DNA of 64,000 nt from Candidatus Bathyarchaeota archaeon (GTDB taxonomy: Archaea > Thermoproteota > Bathyarchaeia > Bathyarchaeales > Bathycorpusculaceae), in assembly GCA_963833575.1 (NCBI GenBank), contig CAWHXY010000006.1, forward strand, positions 192,001-256,000, given 5' to 3'. Shown in pieces: positions 37,063 through 46,813 of this stretch. How positions within the stretch are numbered: the first letter of the stretch is position 1; each line of letters starts with the position of its first letter. The notes below the pieces were generated by a model that worked only from the letters and a program-made list of their open reading frames with translations, was not told where the DNA came from and did not search any database. A program made the position numbers and the translations under genes.

Positions 37063-38408
37063 GCTATCAATTTGTCAGCTGTTTGCAGGGGTTGTTTCTT
37101 GTTGTCTTTTGGCAATTTCGGTTTTTGTCTTGTCACTTGCTCAACTAATCGCCAGAATTCGTCCATCGTGAAGCCTTTCAGCAGGTCTTTCATGAGTTTT
37201 TTCACTTGGTAGTAAGTCATTTGAGCTTCTCCTTTGTCTAAACTTTCCTGTGGACCCTTAATGCGCCTGAAAAGTTCATCCATCTGTCTTGGTGAAGCTC
37301 GAATTCCTGCTTTCTCCAAAAGTTTCTGAATCAGCGTTTGCCCCGTGTTTCTTCCTATAAAGATCATCGTTTCTCTGCCAACGATTTCAGGTGGAAAAGG
37401 CTCAAAAACTAATGGTTGAGCCATCATTTCCTCCACTTCTTCTTCCACTTCATGAGTGAAAATGTTCTCGCCGATTATCGGTTTATGGAATTGAATGGGC
37501 AGAGCAAAAGCTTTTTCTGCAGATTGAGCAAGTCGATAGATTTTTCCCATATCTACTCCAGTGTCAATATTATAGAGTAGTTCTGCTGCTGTTACGACCT
37601 CTTCGAAAGGAGCTATTCCAGCGCGTTCACCAAACCCTGCAATGCATGTATGCAGGTAAGCCACGCCTTCTTCCATTGCTGCAAGAGTGTTTGCCGATCC
37701 TAAGCCGAAATCGTTGTGGCAGTGAATTGAAAGTGGTACTTTCTTTCTTATTGAATCAGGCAATCCATCACGGATATGTGACATTAAGTAACGCATGGAA
37801 AGTGGTCTCATGAATCCTACTGAATCAGCTATTGCCAACCGGTTTGCTCCAGCGTTGGCTGCTGCTTCAAAAACTTCGAGTATATCTTCCAGCGGGGTTC
37901 TTGTGCCATCCATAAGCACGAAATTTACAGTCGCTCCATGTTTTTTTGCGTAATCAATGTTTTCAACAATTTTTTGTAACGCTTGTTCCTTTGTCATTTT
38001 TAGTTTGTATTGTAGATTTAAACCGTTAATTGGTGATTCAATTGTTATTTCTTTAATGCCGCATTCTAAACAGGCATTTACACTGTTTTTGGTGGCTTCA
38101 GCTGATGCAGTGAGCTTTGAGTAGGTAAAGGTTTCATTAACAATTCGTTTAACGTTGCGTTTTTCATCTTCAGAAATGGCTGGGAAACCAACGTTAATTA
38201 TGGCAACTCCTGCTTCATCCATTAATTTTGCCAGCCTAACTTGCTCGACGTAAGTCAAATAGACAGTTGGGGCTTTGAGGCCTTCCCTGAAAGTTTCATC
38301 CCAAATAAATACTCGGTCAGGAAGTTTAGGTGGTAAGTTTTTTCTTAAACGATTGTAATTAGCAATTAGCCCTTGAGCTTCTAACTTTTTAAATATGGTC
38401 TTTCTCAT
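37059..38408 (-). CDS. Isopropylmalate/homocitrate/citramalate synthase (DRE-TIM) family protein with degenerate active site
   Basis: WDETFREG, IADSVG, IHCHNDFGLG, GFGERAG, KPIIGENIFTHE. Confidence 0.8.
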   Translation of the reverse strand: MRKTIFKKLEAQGLIANYNRLRKNLPPKLPDRVFIWDETFREGLKAPTVYLTYVEQVRLAKLMDEAGVAIINVGFPAISEDEKRNVKRIVNETFTYSKLTASAEATKNSVNACLECGIKEITIESPINGLNLQYKLKMTKEQALQKIVENIDYAKKHGATVNFVLMDGTRTPLEDILEVFEAAANAGANRLAIADSVGFMRPLSMRYLMSHIRDGLPDSIRKKVPLSIHCHNDFGLGSANTLAAMEEGVAYLHTCIAGFGERAGIAPFEEVVTAAELLYNIDTGVDMGKIYRLAQSAEKAFALPIQFHKPIIGENIFTHEVEEEVEEMMAQPLVFEPFPPEIVGRETMIFIGRNTGQTLIQKLLEKAGIRASPRQMDELFRRIKGPQESLDKGEAQMTYYQVKKLMKDLLKGFTMDEFWRLVEQVTRQKPKLPKDNKKQPLQTADKLIA

Positions 38409-38617
38409 CGAGACACAATCCGCACAATGTGGAACCTATATAACATGTTTAAGTTACAGATTCCTCTATAAAAACTGCATCGTCAAGAGTCACCGGCGCT
38501 TTAATGCCGTCTCGAAAAACTAGTAATCCGGTGGGCTAAAACGTGTTTTTTGCCGTTTAAATGCAAAAGTCTTAAGTGCAAAAAAGATAAATACATTAGT
38601 TGCCTAAGGGGAAACAT

Positions 38618-38797
38618 ATGAGCAGCCTCCAAAAAACAATTGAAAAGATAAAAAATCTTGAAGTTGAAAAGAAAAATCTTCTCGCTGAAATGGAAGATCT
38701 CAAAAAAATGGCTGATGCCAAAGCAACTAATCTAGAACTGGAGATTGCTTCAATTAGGAATGAGATTAAATCTCTAAAAGTTATAATGGGGCAATAG
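38618..38797 (+). CDS. Small coiled-coil protein
   Basis: Continuous heptad pattern, 59 aa. Confidence 0.65.
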   Translation: MSSLQKTIEKIKNLEVEKKNLLAEMEDLKKMADAKATNLELEIASIRNEIKSLKVIMGQ

Positions 38798-38856
38798 AAG
38801 CCAACCATAGATCAGGTAGCTAATCGGTTAAGCTTTAATTAGCTTTTCACGCCGGT

Positions 38857-39717
38857 TCATTTCTGAGGCTCAGAAGACATAGGCGTTCTTTGGATAACAC
38901 CATTAATAGCGTTAGCCAATGCATTTGCTGCTTCTTGTCTTATGCTTAATGATGCGTCAGTTTCAAGTTTTTCAAGTTCTTTGTGTAAGCTATCTGATTT
39001 TTCGTTTAGCTCCTGCTTTCTTTTTTCGTAATTATCATGCATTTTTTCTTGTTCGGCAGTGAAAGTCTGCAGTGTTACTTCCAATTCGTTCTTTGTTGAC
39101 TTGAGTTCTTTTTGGGTTTGAGCAAGCTGCCCTGCAGCTTTTCTTTTTGCAGTAAATTTGTAAAAGCTGATCTTAATTTCTTGTTGACTTGCAACTTTGT
39201 CTTCTAATTCTCGGATTTTGGTGCTTAATCTTTGAACGTCTGCGTTTCGTTTGCAACTGCGTTCTCTTGTTTCTTCAGCATATTCTTTATCGGTTTCTAC
39301 TATGAGATGGTTAGTGTCAGATAGTTCTTTCTCTTCTTCGGTAAGATTAGATTCTTGAAGCCTCTTTTGTGCCAGTGCAGCTTCAACATCAAGAAAAATC
39401 TGCGATCTCTCCTTCACAAATTGCTCATCAACATTTGTTACAGAGTTAGACTCGAATTCTGAAACTGTTTGCCTTAAGTTCACAAGCCAATCGTCAAAGT
39501 ATTGGCTAAATGGTGAAAGTGCAAAAATTTGAGTACCAAGCTTACTTAAGATACCGAGAGTTTTCTGCGTAACCTCTTTTGATGAAACCTCAGTCTCTTC
39601 TTGAAAGTATTTAATGCCAGAACGTTGCTTTCTTTCTTTCGCTTTCTTTTCATGAGTAGACTTTGAGAATTGTCGAGCAGCACCTCGGCGTGAACCTGTT
39701 TGAGGTTTAAAGCTCAT
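38857..39717 (-). CDS. Coiled-coil hypothetical protein
   Basis: Long E/K/Q-rich heptads; start probably MSFKPQ. Confidence 0.7.
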   Translation of the reverse strand: MSFKPQTGSRRGAARQFSKSTHEKKAKERKQRSGIKYFQEETEVSSKEVTQKTLGILSKLGTQIFALSPFSQYFDDWLVNLRQTVSEFESNSVTNVDEQFVKERSQIFLDVEAALAQKRLQESNLTEEEKELSDTNHLIVETDKEYAEETRERSCKRNADVQRLSTKIRELEDKVASQQEIKISFYKFTAKRKAAGQLAQTQKELKSTKNELEVTLQTFTAEQEKMHDNYEKRKQELNEKSDSLHKELEKLETDASLSIRQEAANALANAINGVIQRTPMSSEPQK

Positions 39718-39785
39718 AAACAAACACTGTGTGCAAGAAATATTTAAACAATGCACATTTCTCCGAGGGTTTGAGCGACAAAGGT

Positions 39786-40757
39786 TTATCTTTCTCGCTT
39801 TGAGGTGCCTTTTCTGGGAACTACTACTGTTTCTGTTTGAGGCTTACGTCGTCTTAACACAAGGAATGTTCCCACAATTGCAACGATAACAAAAACAGCT
39901 ACTAAAGCGTAGATTAGCGTTGAGTTTGATGAAGTATTTGAGTTGACGGCTCCGTTTGTTGATGAAGGCGTATTTGTGGCACTTGATGAACCGTCGCTAT
40001 TTGGTGTAATTGTTGGTGCGGTTCCCTGAAGGACTGGCCCTTGAGGCTGAAGAAGCAGTGAATATTTTGTAATTTTCTGGTCTGAAGATACCTGTGATTG
40101 ATTTCGGTCCCATGCCGCAACCTGAAATGCAACGGTTCCAGAGGGTGCCAGGGAAGGAGCTACGTAGCTGTTGGAACTATAGGTATTGCCTACTGCGACT
40201 ACGTCACCTTTAGAATTGAAGAAAGTTGCGATGATCGTTAAGTTCGTTGCCGTTTGGCTTCCTGAATTTTGAACTACACCGTTTACAACGTAGGCACCAT
40301 TATAGTCTCCAACAGTACCAACCGTACCTGAGCTACTTGTGACTTTAAGGTCTGGATATAGATAACTGGTGGTCGCATTTGCCTGCACTACTGTGAGAGA
40401 AACGTTGCCGATGCTGGAGGCTACCCAACCATTTGAGTTTTGTGGCGGCTGGAACTCCATGTAATAGGGTGCAACTTGTTGTGGAACTAGATACTTAACC
40501 CAAACATAACAGTATGAGTTACCCAGAGTCGACCCATCGGAGGCATAGATTGTACCGGTCAAGACGACAGGATCAACTGTGTTAGAGCCGATATTCTGGA
40601 CCTGCCCCACAACATCAAGATATCCAGCGTTATCAATATAATAGGTGTGGCTTAAAATTTCCACGTTTCCTGTCTGACCAAGTGAAGCAGGAACCAAAGT
40701 TAATGCTAAAGAAAATAGTGACAAAGCGAGAAACATATAAACTGTTCTTTTCCTCAT
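39786..40757 (-). CDS. FxLYD-domain surface protein with C-terminal TM anchor
   Basis: Signal peptide; two V.G.VQN.G....T.Y/F..G repeats; S/T linker; TM + RRRK. Confidence 0.75.
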   Translation of the reverse strand: MRKRTVYMFLALSLFSLALTLVPASLGQTGNVEILSHTYYIDNAGYLDVVGQVQNIGSNTVDPVVLTGTIYASDGSTLGNSYCYVWVKYLVPQQVAPYYMEFQPPQNSNGWVASSIGNVSLTVVQANATTSYLYPDLKVTSSSGTVGTVGDYNGAYVVNGVVQNSGSQTATNLTIIATFFNSKGDVVAVGNTYSSNSYVAPSLAPSGTVAFQVAAWDRNQSQVSSDQKITKYSLLLQPQGPVLQGTAPTITPNSDGSSSATNTPSSTNGAVNSNTSSNSTLIYALVAVFVIVAIVGTFLVLRRRKPQTETVVVPRKGTSKRER

Positions 40758-40985
40758 GAACCCCTTCCCTCTTATTCGTACAGATTCCAACAAAGCTACT
40801 TTGTACTATAAAACACTTTTTCAAAATTAGACCTAAATGCCGAAAAAAATCGTTTAACAGAATATTCTTTCACAGCCTTTTTTGCGAAAGATGTTTTTCA
40901 AAGATCGCCACTCCAACCCTAAAATACTATGAAGGATAATTCTTAAAAGTAAAAAGAAAGGATAAAGATATTATAAGGCTAACAT

Positions 40986-41465
40986 ATGACCGAAAAGTTA
41001 CATCCCTATGTAGTATTTCTTCCAATGGAAAAAAAAGACAAGATATTAAGTGCAATCTTCGGATCCAAAGCAGGCGTCGACCTACTTCGCTTCTCACTTA
41101 AACAAGGTATAACCAAAAACATTTACCAAAAAGAACTCGTTAAAAAACTGAACTACTCAAACAAAACAATTATAGAAAACCTAAAAACCCTAACCAAACT
41201 CGGCGTTCTCAACGAAAGCATGGAGAAAAACGAGAATGAAGGAAGAATCATTTGGGTAAAAACTTACCAACTTACAAACCTCGGCAAGTGGTTTGCACTT
41301 TTAATGGCTGAAGAAAAGGAACTCTCAGAAAAAGAAAAAGCCGAAATCCTCCAAAGCCTCTTCCGAACTTACGTGAAACAGGTAAAACGTTTAGCAGAAG
41401 AAATAGGCATAAACAAAAAAATGCTAGAAGAAACCTTTAGAGAAGAAATGAAAAGCACCTTATGA
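40986..41465 (+). CDS. Winged-helix transcriptional regulator
   Basis: YQKELVKKLNYSNKTIIENLKTLTKLGVL...YQLTNLG. Confidence 0.75.
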   Translation: MTEKLHPYVVFLPMEKKDKILSAIFGSKAGVDLLRFSLKQGITKNIYQKELVKKLNYSNKTIIENLKTLTKLGVLNESMEKNENEGRIIWVKTYQLTNLGKWFALLMAEEKELSEKEKAEILQSLFRTYVKQVKRLAEEIGINKKMLEETFREEMKSTL

Positions 41466-41655
41466 ACCCCCATAAATAATTAAATTCATGTTTCTATAAT
41501 TTTTGATTCGACGATTAAGATTGGCTGTTAATAGGGTATTTATCAAATAATCGTTATTTTATCGGAGAAACAGAGTTTCTTATAACTGGACCTCAGATTA
41601 ACTCCTTTTCAATTTCTCCCTAAATTTGTTAATTAGAACAGCTGAGAGAATTAAG

Positions 41656-41759
41656 AATGGGTTGGTTTTGGGTTGTTGGGTTTGGAGATAGTTTGAGGGG
41701 GAGAAGGGAGAGCGTGCTAAAAATTAATTTTCTCTCCAAACCTTTCCACCCAACCCATT
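41656..41759. repeat. Long imperfect inverted repeat downstream of cdvC
   Basis: AATGGGTTGG...GGTTTGGAGA // TCTCCAAACC...CCAACCCATT. Confidence 0.65.
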
Positions 41760-41784
41760 GTTTTGGTTTTTTTGCCCTCAATAG

Positions 41785-42963
41785 TTACAAGGCTTTGAAC
41801 GCCTCGAACCACCTGCTGTATGCTGACAACATGTCTAAGGAAACGCTTGGTTTACGTTCTTCTAGGATCTGTCTAAAGTCAACCATAGTCAAAAGCCTTG
41901 GTTTTGCTTCTTTGTCCATTGCTTTGCCTGATTCAAAGAATTCTCCGATAAGGCTAAGTTGAGCTGATTGGCAAACGTCCCTTATGTCACTTCCTGAAAA
42001 TCCTTCAGCAAGCCGAGCTAACTCATGGAGATCGACATCGCTATCTATGGCTAAAGTGCTTGAGTAGAGCTTTAGCATGCTTAGTCGGGTAGCGTGATCT
42101 GCTAGTGGAACGAGAATTCTTTTTTGGAAACGTCTGATAAATGCCCAGTCGAGGTCCCATGGTTTGTTGGTTGCGCCTATGACGTAAACGTGAAGGTTTT
42201 TGCCCTTGTCAACTATGCCATCCATTTCTTTTAAGAATTGGTTTCTGACTCGGATTTCTCCGCCGACCTCATTGGTATGTGCTCCCATTAAAGAGTCCAA
42301 TTCGTCAACAAAAACGATAGCTGGTTTCCCTTCCATTGCGGATTTGCGGGCTGTCCCGAACAACTTTGAAACATTTTGCTCAGCTTCACCTAGCCACTTT
42401 GACATGATAGATGCCGCATCAATTGAGTAGAAGTTAGCGTCGATTTCTGTTGCAACCGCTGCAGCCAGCAAAGTTTTTCCGCAGCCAGGAGGACCAAACA
42501 GCAGTATGCCTCGTGGCCAACCAAGCGGGAACAAGTCGGGTCTTTGCACTGGGTAAACAATGGCTTCTTTCACTGCTTTCTTAGCGGTATCTAACCCGAC
42601 GACTTCACCCCAGCTAATATTTGGTTTTTCAGTAATTACAAGCTCTTCGTGTTTTCCGTTTCCACCGTTACCTTCCATAGTTGCTCCTGAACCTCCTTCA
42701 TTATCATTATTGGCAGCTTGATTCATCTCTGTGGATGAAACTGCTCCTTGCAAAACTTTGATTCTTTCTTGGTAAGCAATTGCCCTTTGTACGTAAACTT
42801 TATTCAGTCCGTATTCGGGGTAAAGCTGCACAAGTTGCAGTAAGCTTTCTATTGCTTTTTGATAGAGGGTAATGGCTCTGCCTTTTTGTTCTTGTTTATC
42901 TAAGCGAACAGCATCTAATGCATACGCTGTCGCTGCTCTTTCTAGTTCACTTGATGCACTCAT
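41785..42963 (-). CDS. cdvC: Vps4/CdvC AAA+ ATPase
   Basis: N-terminal MIT domain, GPPGCGKT, SKWLGEAE, VDELD, ATNKPWDLD, RRFQKRI. Confidence 0.95.
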   Translation of the reverse strand: MSASSELERAATAYALDAVRLDKQEQKGRAITLYQKAIESLLQLVQLYPEYGLNKVYVQRAIAYQERIKVLQGAVSSTEMNQAANNDNEGGSGATMEGNGGNGKHEELVITEKPNISWGEVVGLDTAKKAVKEAIVYPVQRPDLFPLGWPRGILLFGPPGCGKTLLAAAVATEIDANFYSIDAASIMSKWLGEAEQNVSKLFGTARKSAMEGKPAIVFVDELDSLMGAHTNEVGGEIRVRNQFLKEMDGIVDKGKNLHVYVIGATNKPWDLDWAFIRRFQKRILVPLADHATRLSMLKLYSSTLAIDSDVDLHELARLAEGFSGSDIRDVCQSAQLSLIGEFFESGKAMDKEAKPRLLTMVDFRQILEERKPSVSLDMLSAYSRWFEAFKAL

Positions 42964-42982
42964 GTTTTTCCTTCTCCTTCTC

Positions 42983-43876
42983 CTATTCAGGTGACTTTAA
43001 TTCAATTTTTATTCTACCCTTTGTTCCTAAACTTTCCAATGCACGCTCAATCTCTTCATTAGAAGTTTGCAGTTCACTCGAACATCTACCTAAATCTATT
43101 TCGCCATTAGTTTTACGGACATATTGGAGAACCATATCTTCTAAAGATGAATCTTTGTTAAGCTTTATTGAGAACTCCTTGATCTCTTGCTTCTTGTAAG
43201 AGAAAACGGAGTTCTCTGGATCAAAACCAGCTTCCTCAGTTGTTTTATGCTCAATCACTTGTGACGAAGAAGCCGTAAGGGCTACAAGCTGTTTGATAGG
43301 TGTTTTCTCTTTCACGGGCGTCTCCGCAGGAGGCTCGGGAAGAGTTTCAGTTAACTTCTGCTGCATGAAACATGTTACTTCTTTAAGGATTTCTTCTCCG
43401 CCTTCAGTCTTTTTGCCCACAGGAATAATATTTTCATCCGTTGAAATCTTTGTAGATTGAAGCGTCTCCTGGATTGCGGCATTAACATTATTTAATTCTG
43501 AACTAACATCAGGCAATACCTGAAACAGCTCAGCTGAAACCCCTTGAAGCAAACGCAAGGCAGGCTTTAAATCAGCAACAATATCGCCCAGTTCCCTTAT
43601 GGTTTCAAGACGAAGAATTACACGTTCAACCGCTAATTGAACATTATACAAGAACTTGACAAGTTTTCGAACTTCAGCAAGTTCTGTGGCACACATCGCG
43701 GCTTTTTCACGATTATTCTTCTTTAGCGCACCCATGCATTTTTCAAAAAGCATGCGGTCTCTTTCTTTTAAACGAAAACTTGCTTGCTCTAATTGGTTTT
43801 GTTGAATTTTAAGAGTTGTAATAGATTTGGTGGCAACTTCACGAATAGGTGGAGGGGTTTGATTAATTAGTTTCAT
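42983..43876 (-). CDS. cdvB: ESCRT-III CdvB with C-terminal winged helix
   Basis: Snf7 core (ELAEVRK...ERVILRLETI), MIM2-like LPEPP, C-terminal wH. Confidence 0.88.
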   Translation of the reverse strand: MKLINQTPPPIREVATKSITTLKIQQNQLEQASFRLKERDRMLFEKCMGALKKNNREKAAMCATELAEVRKLVKFLYNVQLAVERVILRLETIRELGDIVADLKPALRLLQGVSAELFQVLPDVSSELNNVNAAIQETLQSTKISTDENIIPVGKKTEGGEEILKEVTCFMQQKLTETLPEPPAETPVKEKTPIKQLVALTASSSQVIEHKTTEEAGFDPENSVFSYKKQEIKEFSIKLNKDSSLEDMVLQYVRKTNGEIDLGRCSSELQTSNEEIERALESLGTKGRIKIELKSPE

Positions 43877-43916
43877 ATCTTACCCTCCACAGTGTGAAGT
43901 CTCCACTCGTTTGGGA

Positions 43917-44645
43917 TTAAATGCCTGCTTTCCCGATTTCTTTTACGTAAACAACCACTGGGGGTTCGGGAAGCTTTGATGCGGCATCATTGTTGTTGTT
44001 TATGACGTGCTCTGCGTAGATTTTGTTCAATTTTGGAGTCTGGGATTGGTCACCGAGCAGAACGCTTGAGACTTTGCTTTTTGTCATTTCATAGTCAGAT
44101 TTTTCTGAAGATGCACGTTTTAGAGTTTCCTGAAGCAATGCGAAAGCAGATTTGTAAGTTTCTTCGTCGACTTTTCCTATTTCATGTTCAATTTCCAAGT
44201 TAGCAATAGCGTAGCTGAGCGATGTTATTTCATCTCGGCACCGTTCAATCTCTACAGCGGATTCATCTATGATAACTTGAGCGTCCTTCTTTAGCTGTGT
44301 CAATACGGTTCCGAAACTGTTATGAAGATCCTGGAATACATCTGGAGTGATTTTCTTCTTTTCAAGCAAATCCTTCAGGGCTTCATCTTTACGCCAAATT
44401 AATGGTATATGGTCACAAAGCGTCCCTGCTTGAGTCTTAATTTTTGTTACAAATGTGATTTCAGCACCATTAAATCGTAAGTTTTCCATGGGCTGTCTTG
44501 TAAATTGACCATCACCAAATTCCACGTATACAGCGTCAAATTTCCCGTCGGGGGTTAATGCGAAAGATGCAACTTTACCAATTATGCGGCCATAATCGTT
44601 CTTTATAGGTTTACCAATATAAAGAAAAAGATTGGAGTTAGACAT
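43917..44645 (-). CDS. cdvA: Cell division protein CdvA
   Basis: PRC-barrel IGKPIKNDYGRIIG, coiled coil, C-terminal PVVVYV strand; operon context. Confidence 0.88.
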   Translation of the reverse strand: MSNSNLFLYIGKPIKNDYGRIIGKVASFALTPDGKFDAVYVEFGDGQFTRQPMENLRFNGAEITFVTKIKTQAGTLCDHIPLIWRKDEALKDLLEKKKITPDVFQDLHNSFGTVLTQLKKDAQVIIDESAVEIERCRDEITSLSYAIANLEIEHEIGKVDEETYKSAFALLQETLKRASSEKSDYEMTKSKVSSVLLGDQSQTPKLNKIYAEHVINNNNDAASKLPEPPVVVYVKEIGKAGI

Positions 44646-44664
44646 TTGTGTTTTATCCTCCTAT

Positions 44665-45324
44665 TTAGAAACTTTGTGTTGATTTTTCCGATTGTGGGGC
44701 TGCGGGCATTCCTGGGGGCAGATCTGGGAACTTGTCTTTTATCTTTTGTTCTGCAACGGTTGCTGCTTCTGCAAGAATCTTTGATGCGTCCTCGTTTACT
44801 GAGTCAAAGTTTAATGTCATTCCGCTGCCTTGGCCTGCTTCAATCATTATTCCGCTGAGCATGTTTCCGATTTCGCCTAGTTCATTTTCTGCTTCTGGAA
44901 ATACGCTAACTAATCCTGATCTAACTGAACGTAGAACACCAACGGCTGGACCTAAAGTTGAAACTACGTCGCCTAATTCTGAAACTGTTCGTAATCTTAA
45001 TGTAATTTGTTCTAGTGCAAGTTTGGCATTCATTATTAACTTTGACATTTTTCTAACTTCGGCTAGTTCATTAGCGAAAACATTTGCGCGTGCGCTATCG
45101 TGTTTTGCATATGCATCGACAATTCTGGCAAAGATTGCTTTGTCTCTTTGGCCGAACCTGTCTGTAGCTTGGTCAAGCTTCTGTACTTGAAGCTCAATAC
45201 GTCTTACGGCAAAATCAAGTCGCGGTTTTAGTGGTCCTGGTGGTTTTACTGCGTCTTTAATGCGGTTTTGGAATGGTTCTTCTTCCCGTTTACTTTCCCA
45301 CTTTTTTGCAAATCTTTCTGACAA
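44665..45324 (-). CDS. ESCRT-III / Snf7 paralog (CdvB1/2-like)
   Basis: ARANVFANELAEVRK...LEQITLRLRTV, EDASKILAEA, FPDLP; no wH domain. Confidence 0.9.
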   Translation of the reverse strand: MSERFAKKWESKREEEPFQNRIKDAVKPPGPLKPRLDFAVRRIELQVQKLDQATDRFGQRDKAIFARIVDAYAKHDSARANVFANELAEVRKMSKLIMNAKLALEQITLRLRTVSELGDVVSTLGPAVGVLRSVRSGLVSVFPEAENELGEIGNMLSGIMIEAGQGSGMTLNFDSVNEDASKILAEAATVAEQKIKDKFPDLPPGMPAAPQSEKSTQSF

Positions 45325-45550
45325 TTTGATTACCTCTTGAGTCAGAAGGGGCGTGAAACAATCTTATACATTGTTAATATGTTCAGAATATGCACGTATA
45401 TACGTAGAGCTATACATGACCTAAAAAAGTCCATTGAGCTTTAACTATTAGAGTTAAAGACGATGCGACCACTAACCTGTTTATACAGAAATGTGTAAGT
45501 TAGACTAAAAAGAAGGCTGGAGCAATCCTAAAACAAAAAAGGTGAAGTGA

Positions 45551-45775
45551 ATGAATAGCAGGTTGAAAGTATTCGGGTTAATAGCTCTCTTAGGTTTCGT
45601 AGCAGGCATTATAGCACAACTAACAGCAGTCTACCTTATCCCATGGATGGTCTCAATTTTGCCGTTACTCGGCGGAGCAACAACATACATGATTTCTGGC
45701 TTCGCTGGCGCAATCCTAACATGTGCGATAGTCGGCGCTTGGGCTTACATGACCGGTAAAAAAGAGCCCTACTAA
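45551..45775 (+). CDS. Small two-TM membrane protein
   Basis: 74 aa hydrophobic; GGTGA RBS. Confidence 0.7.
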   Translation: MNSRLKVFGLIALLGFVAGIIAQLTAVYLIPWMVSILPLLGGATTYMISGFAGAILTCAIVGAWAYMTGKKEPY

Positions 45776-45960
45776 AATAGAGCTCTCCAATCTTTTCTTT
45801 ATTGAACCCTAACTTTTTAAAATAAAAAATATCAGTTTTCTAATCACATTAAGTTCACCTTGTCTTTCCTGACTCGCTTTAAGAATCAACTACAAAAGAT
45901 AACCGATTTGTCCAAACAGCAAATGTGCCTACCAACAAAATACAAAACGAACTAAGAAAC

Positions 45961-46053
45961 AATGGACTCAGTAGCGGAAAAAGCTTTCATCAGCCTTCAG
46001 CTTATTTACCCCGCCTTAGGCTTCACCGTACCTCGATTACCTCACAGTCCATT
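45961..46053 (-). ncRNA. K-turn / box C/D-like structured RNA
   Basis: Terminal stem AATGGAC/GTCCATT, 3-nt bulge, GAGGTA/TACTGA K-turn; internal CTGA...TGATGA (D'/C'); T-rich tract downstream. Confidence 0.65.
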
Positions 46054-46225
46054 CAAAAATAAGAATTATGTTAATTTCAATGTTTTGGTAACAAGTAGCT
46101 ATATCATTAATTGAATAAGGAGACATTAGACTGAGTTTGATTCGACGGCAACTTTACAGGAACTATGAATCAAGCATAAATAATGTTTATTAATACTTAC
46201 TACAGCAAGCAATAAGTGAGAGCAC

Positions 46226-46699
46226 TTGAAACTCAAGAAAACAGTCCCGATAGCCATAGCCGCGTTAATCTTTATCGGAGTAGCCATTACAATAGCAACT
46301 ACAGCCTCACTACAAACCAAACAAAACACCCAAAACATTCCACCACAAGGAAACTTTAGCGGGAGTTCATTAAATTCAATAAACATAGTGGTCTACACAG
46401 ATGCAGCTGCAACGATCAATTGCTCTAGCATAGATTGGGGCAAATTAAGTAAAGGCGATTCAGTAAACCGCATTGTATACATTAAGAATTCAGCTAATTC
46501 AATTGAAACACTCAACATGACTGTAACTGGCTGGAATCCCACATCCGCGAATTCAGTTTTATCTTTGAGTTGGGACAAAGAAGGTGTTTCGATTTCCCCA
46601 GGGCAAACTATTCCAGCAACTCTTATACTTACAGTTGCAGCAGATACAGGAACGTTAAGCTTTTTCAATCTCAACATCTTGATATCGGGTAATAGTTAA
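46226..46699 (+). CDS. Secreted/membrane-anchored hypothetical protein (Ig-like)
   Basis: N-terminal hydrophobic segment; IDWG.L..G....VYIKN beta-rich domain. Confidence 0.7.
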   Translation: MKLKKTVPIAIAALIFIGVAITIATTASLQTKQNTQNIPPQGNFSGSSLNSINIVVYTDAAATINCSSIDWGKLSKGDSVNRIVYIKNSANSIETLNMTVTGWNPTSANSVLSLSWDKEGVSISPGQTIPATLILTVAADTGTLSFFNLNILISGNS

Positions 46700-46813
46700 A
46701 AATGTTTGAAAAGCTTATCATATAAAGTTAAATTAAAGGATGATCATTACAGAATTAGTCTTTTAAGATAAAGAGTTAAAGCATTCGGTTTTAGTCTAAT
46801 TTAAAGTAAGAAA

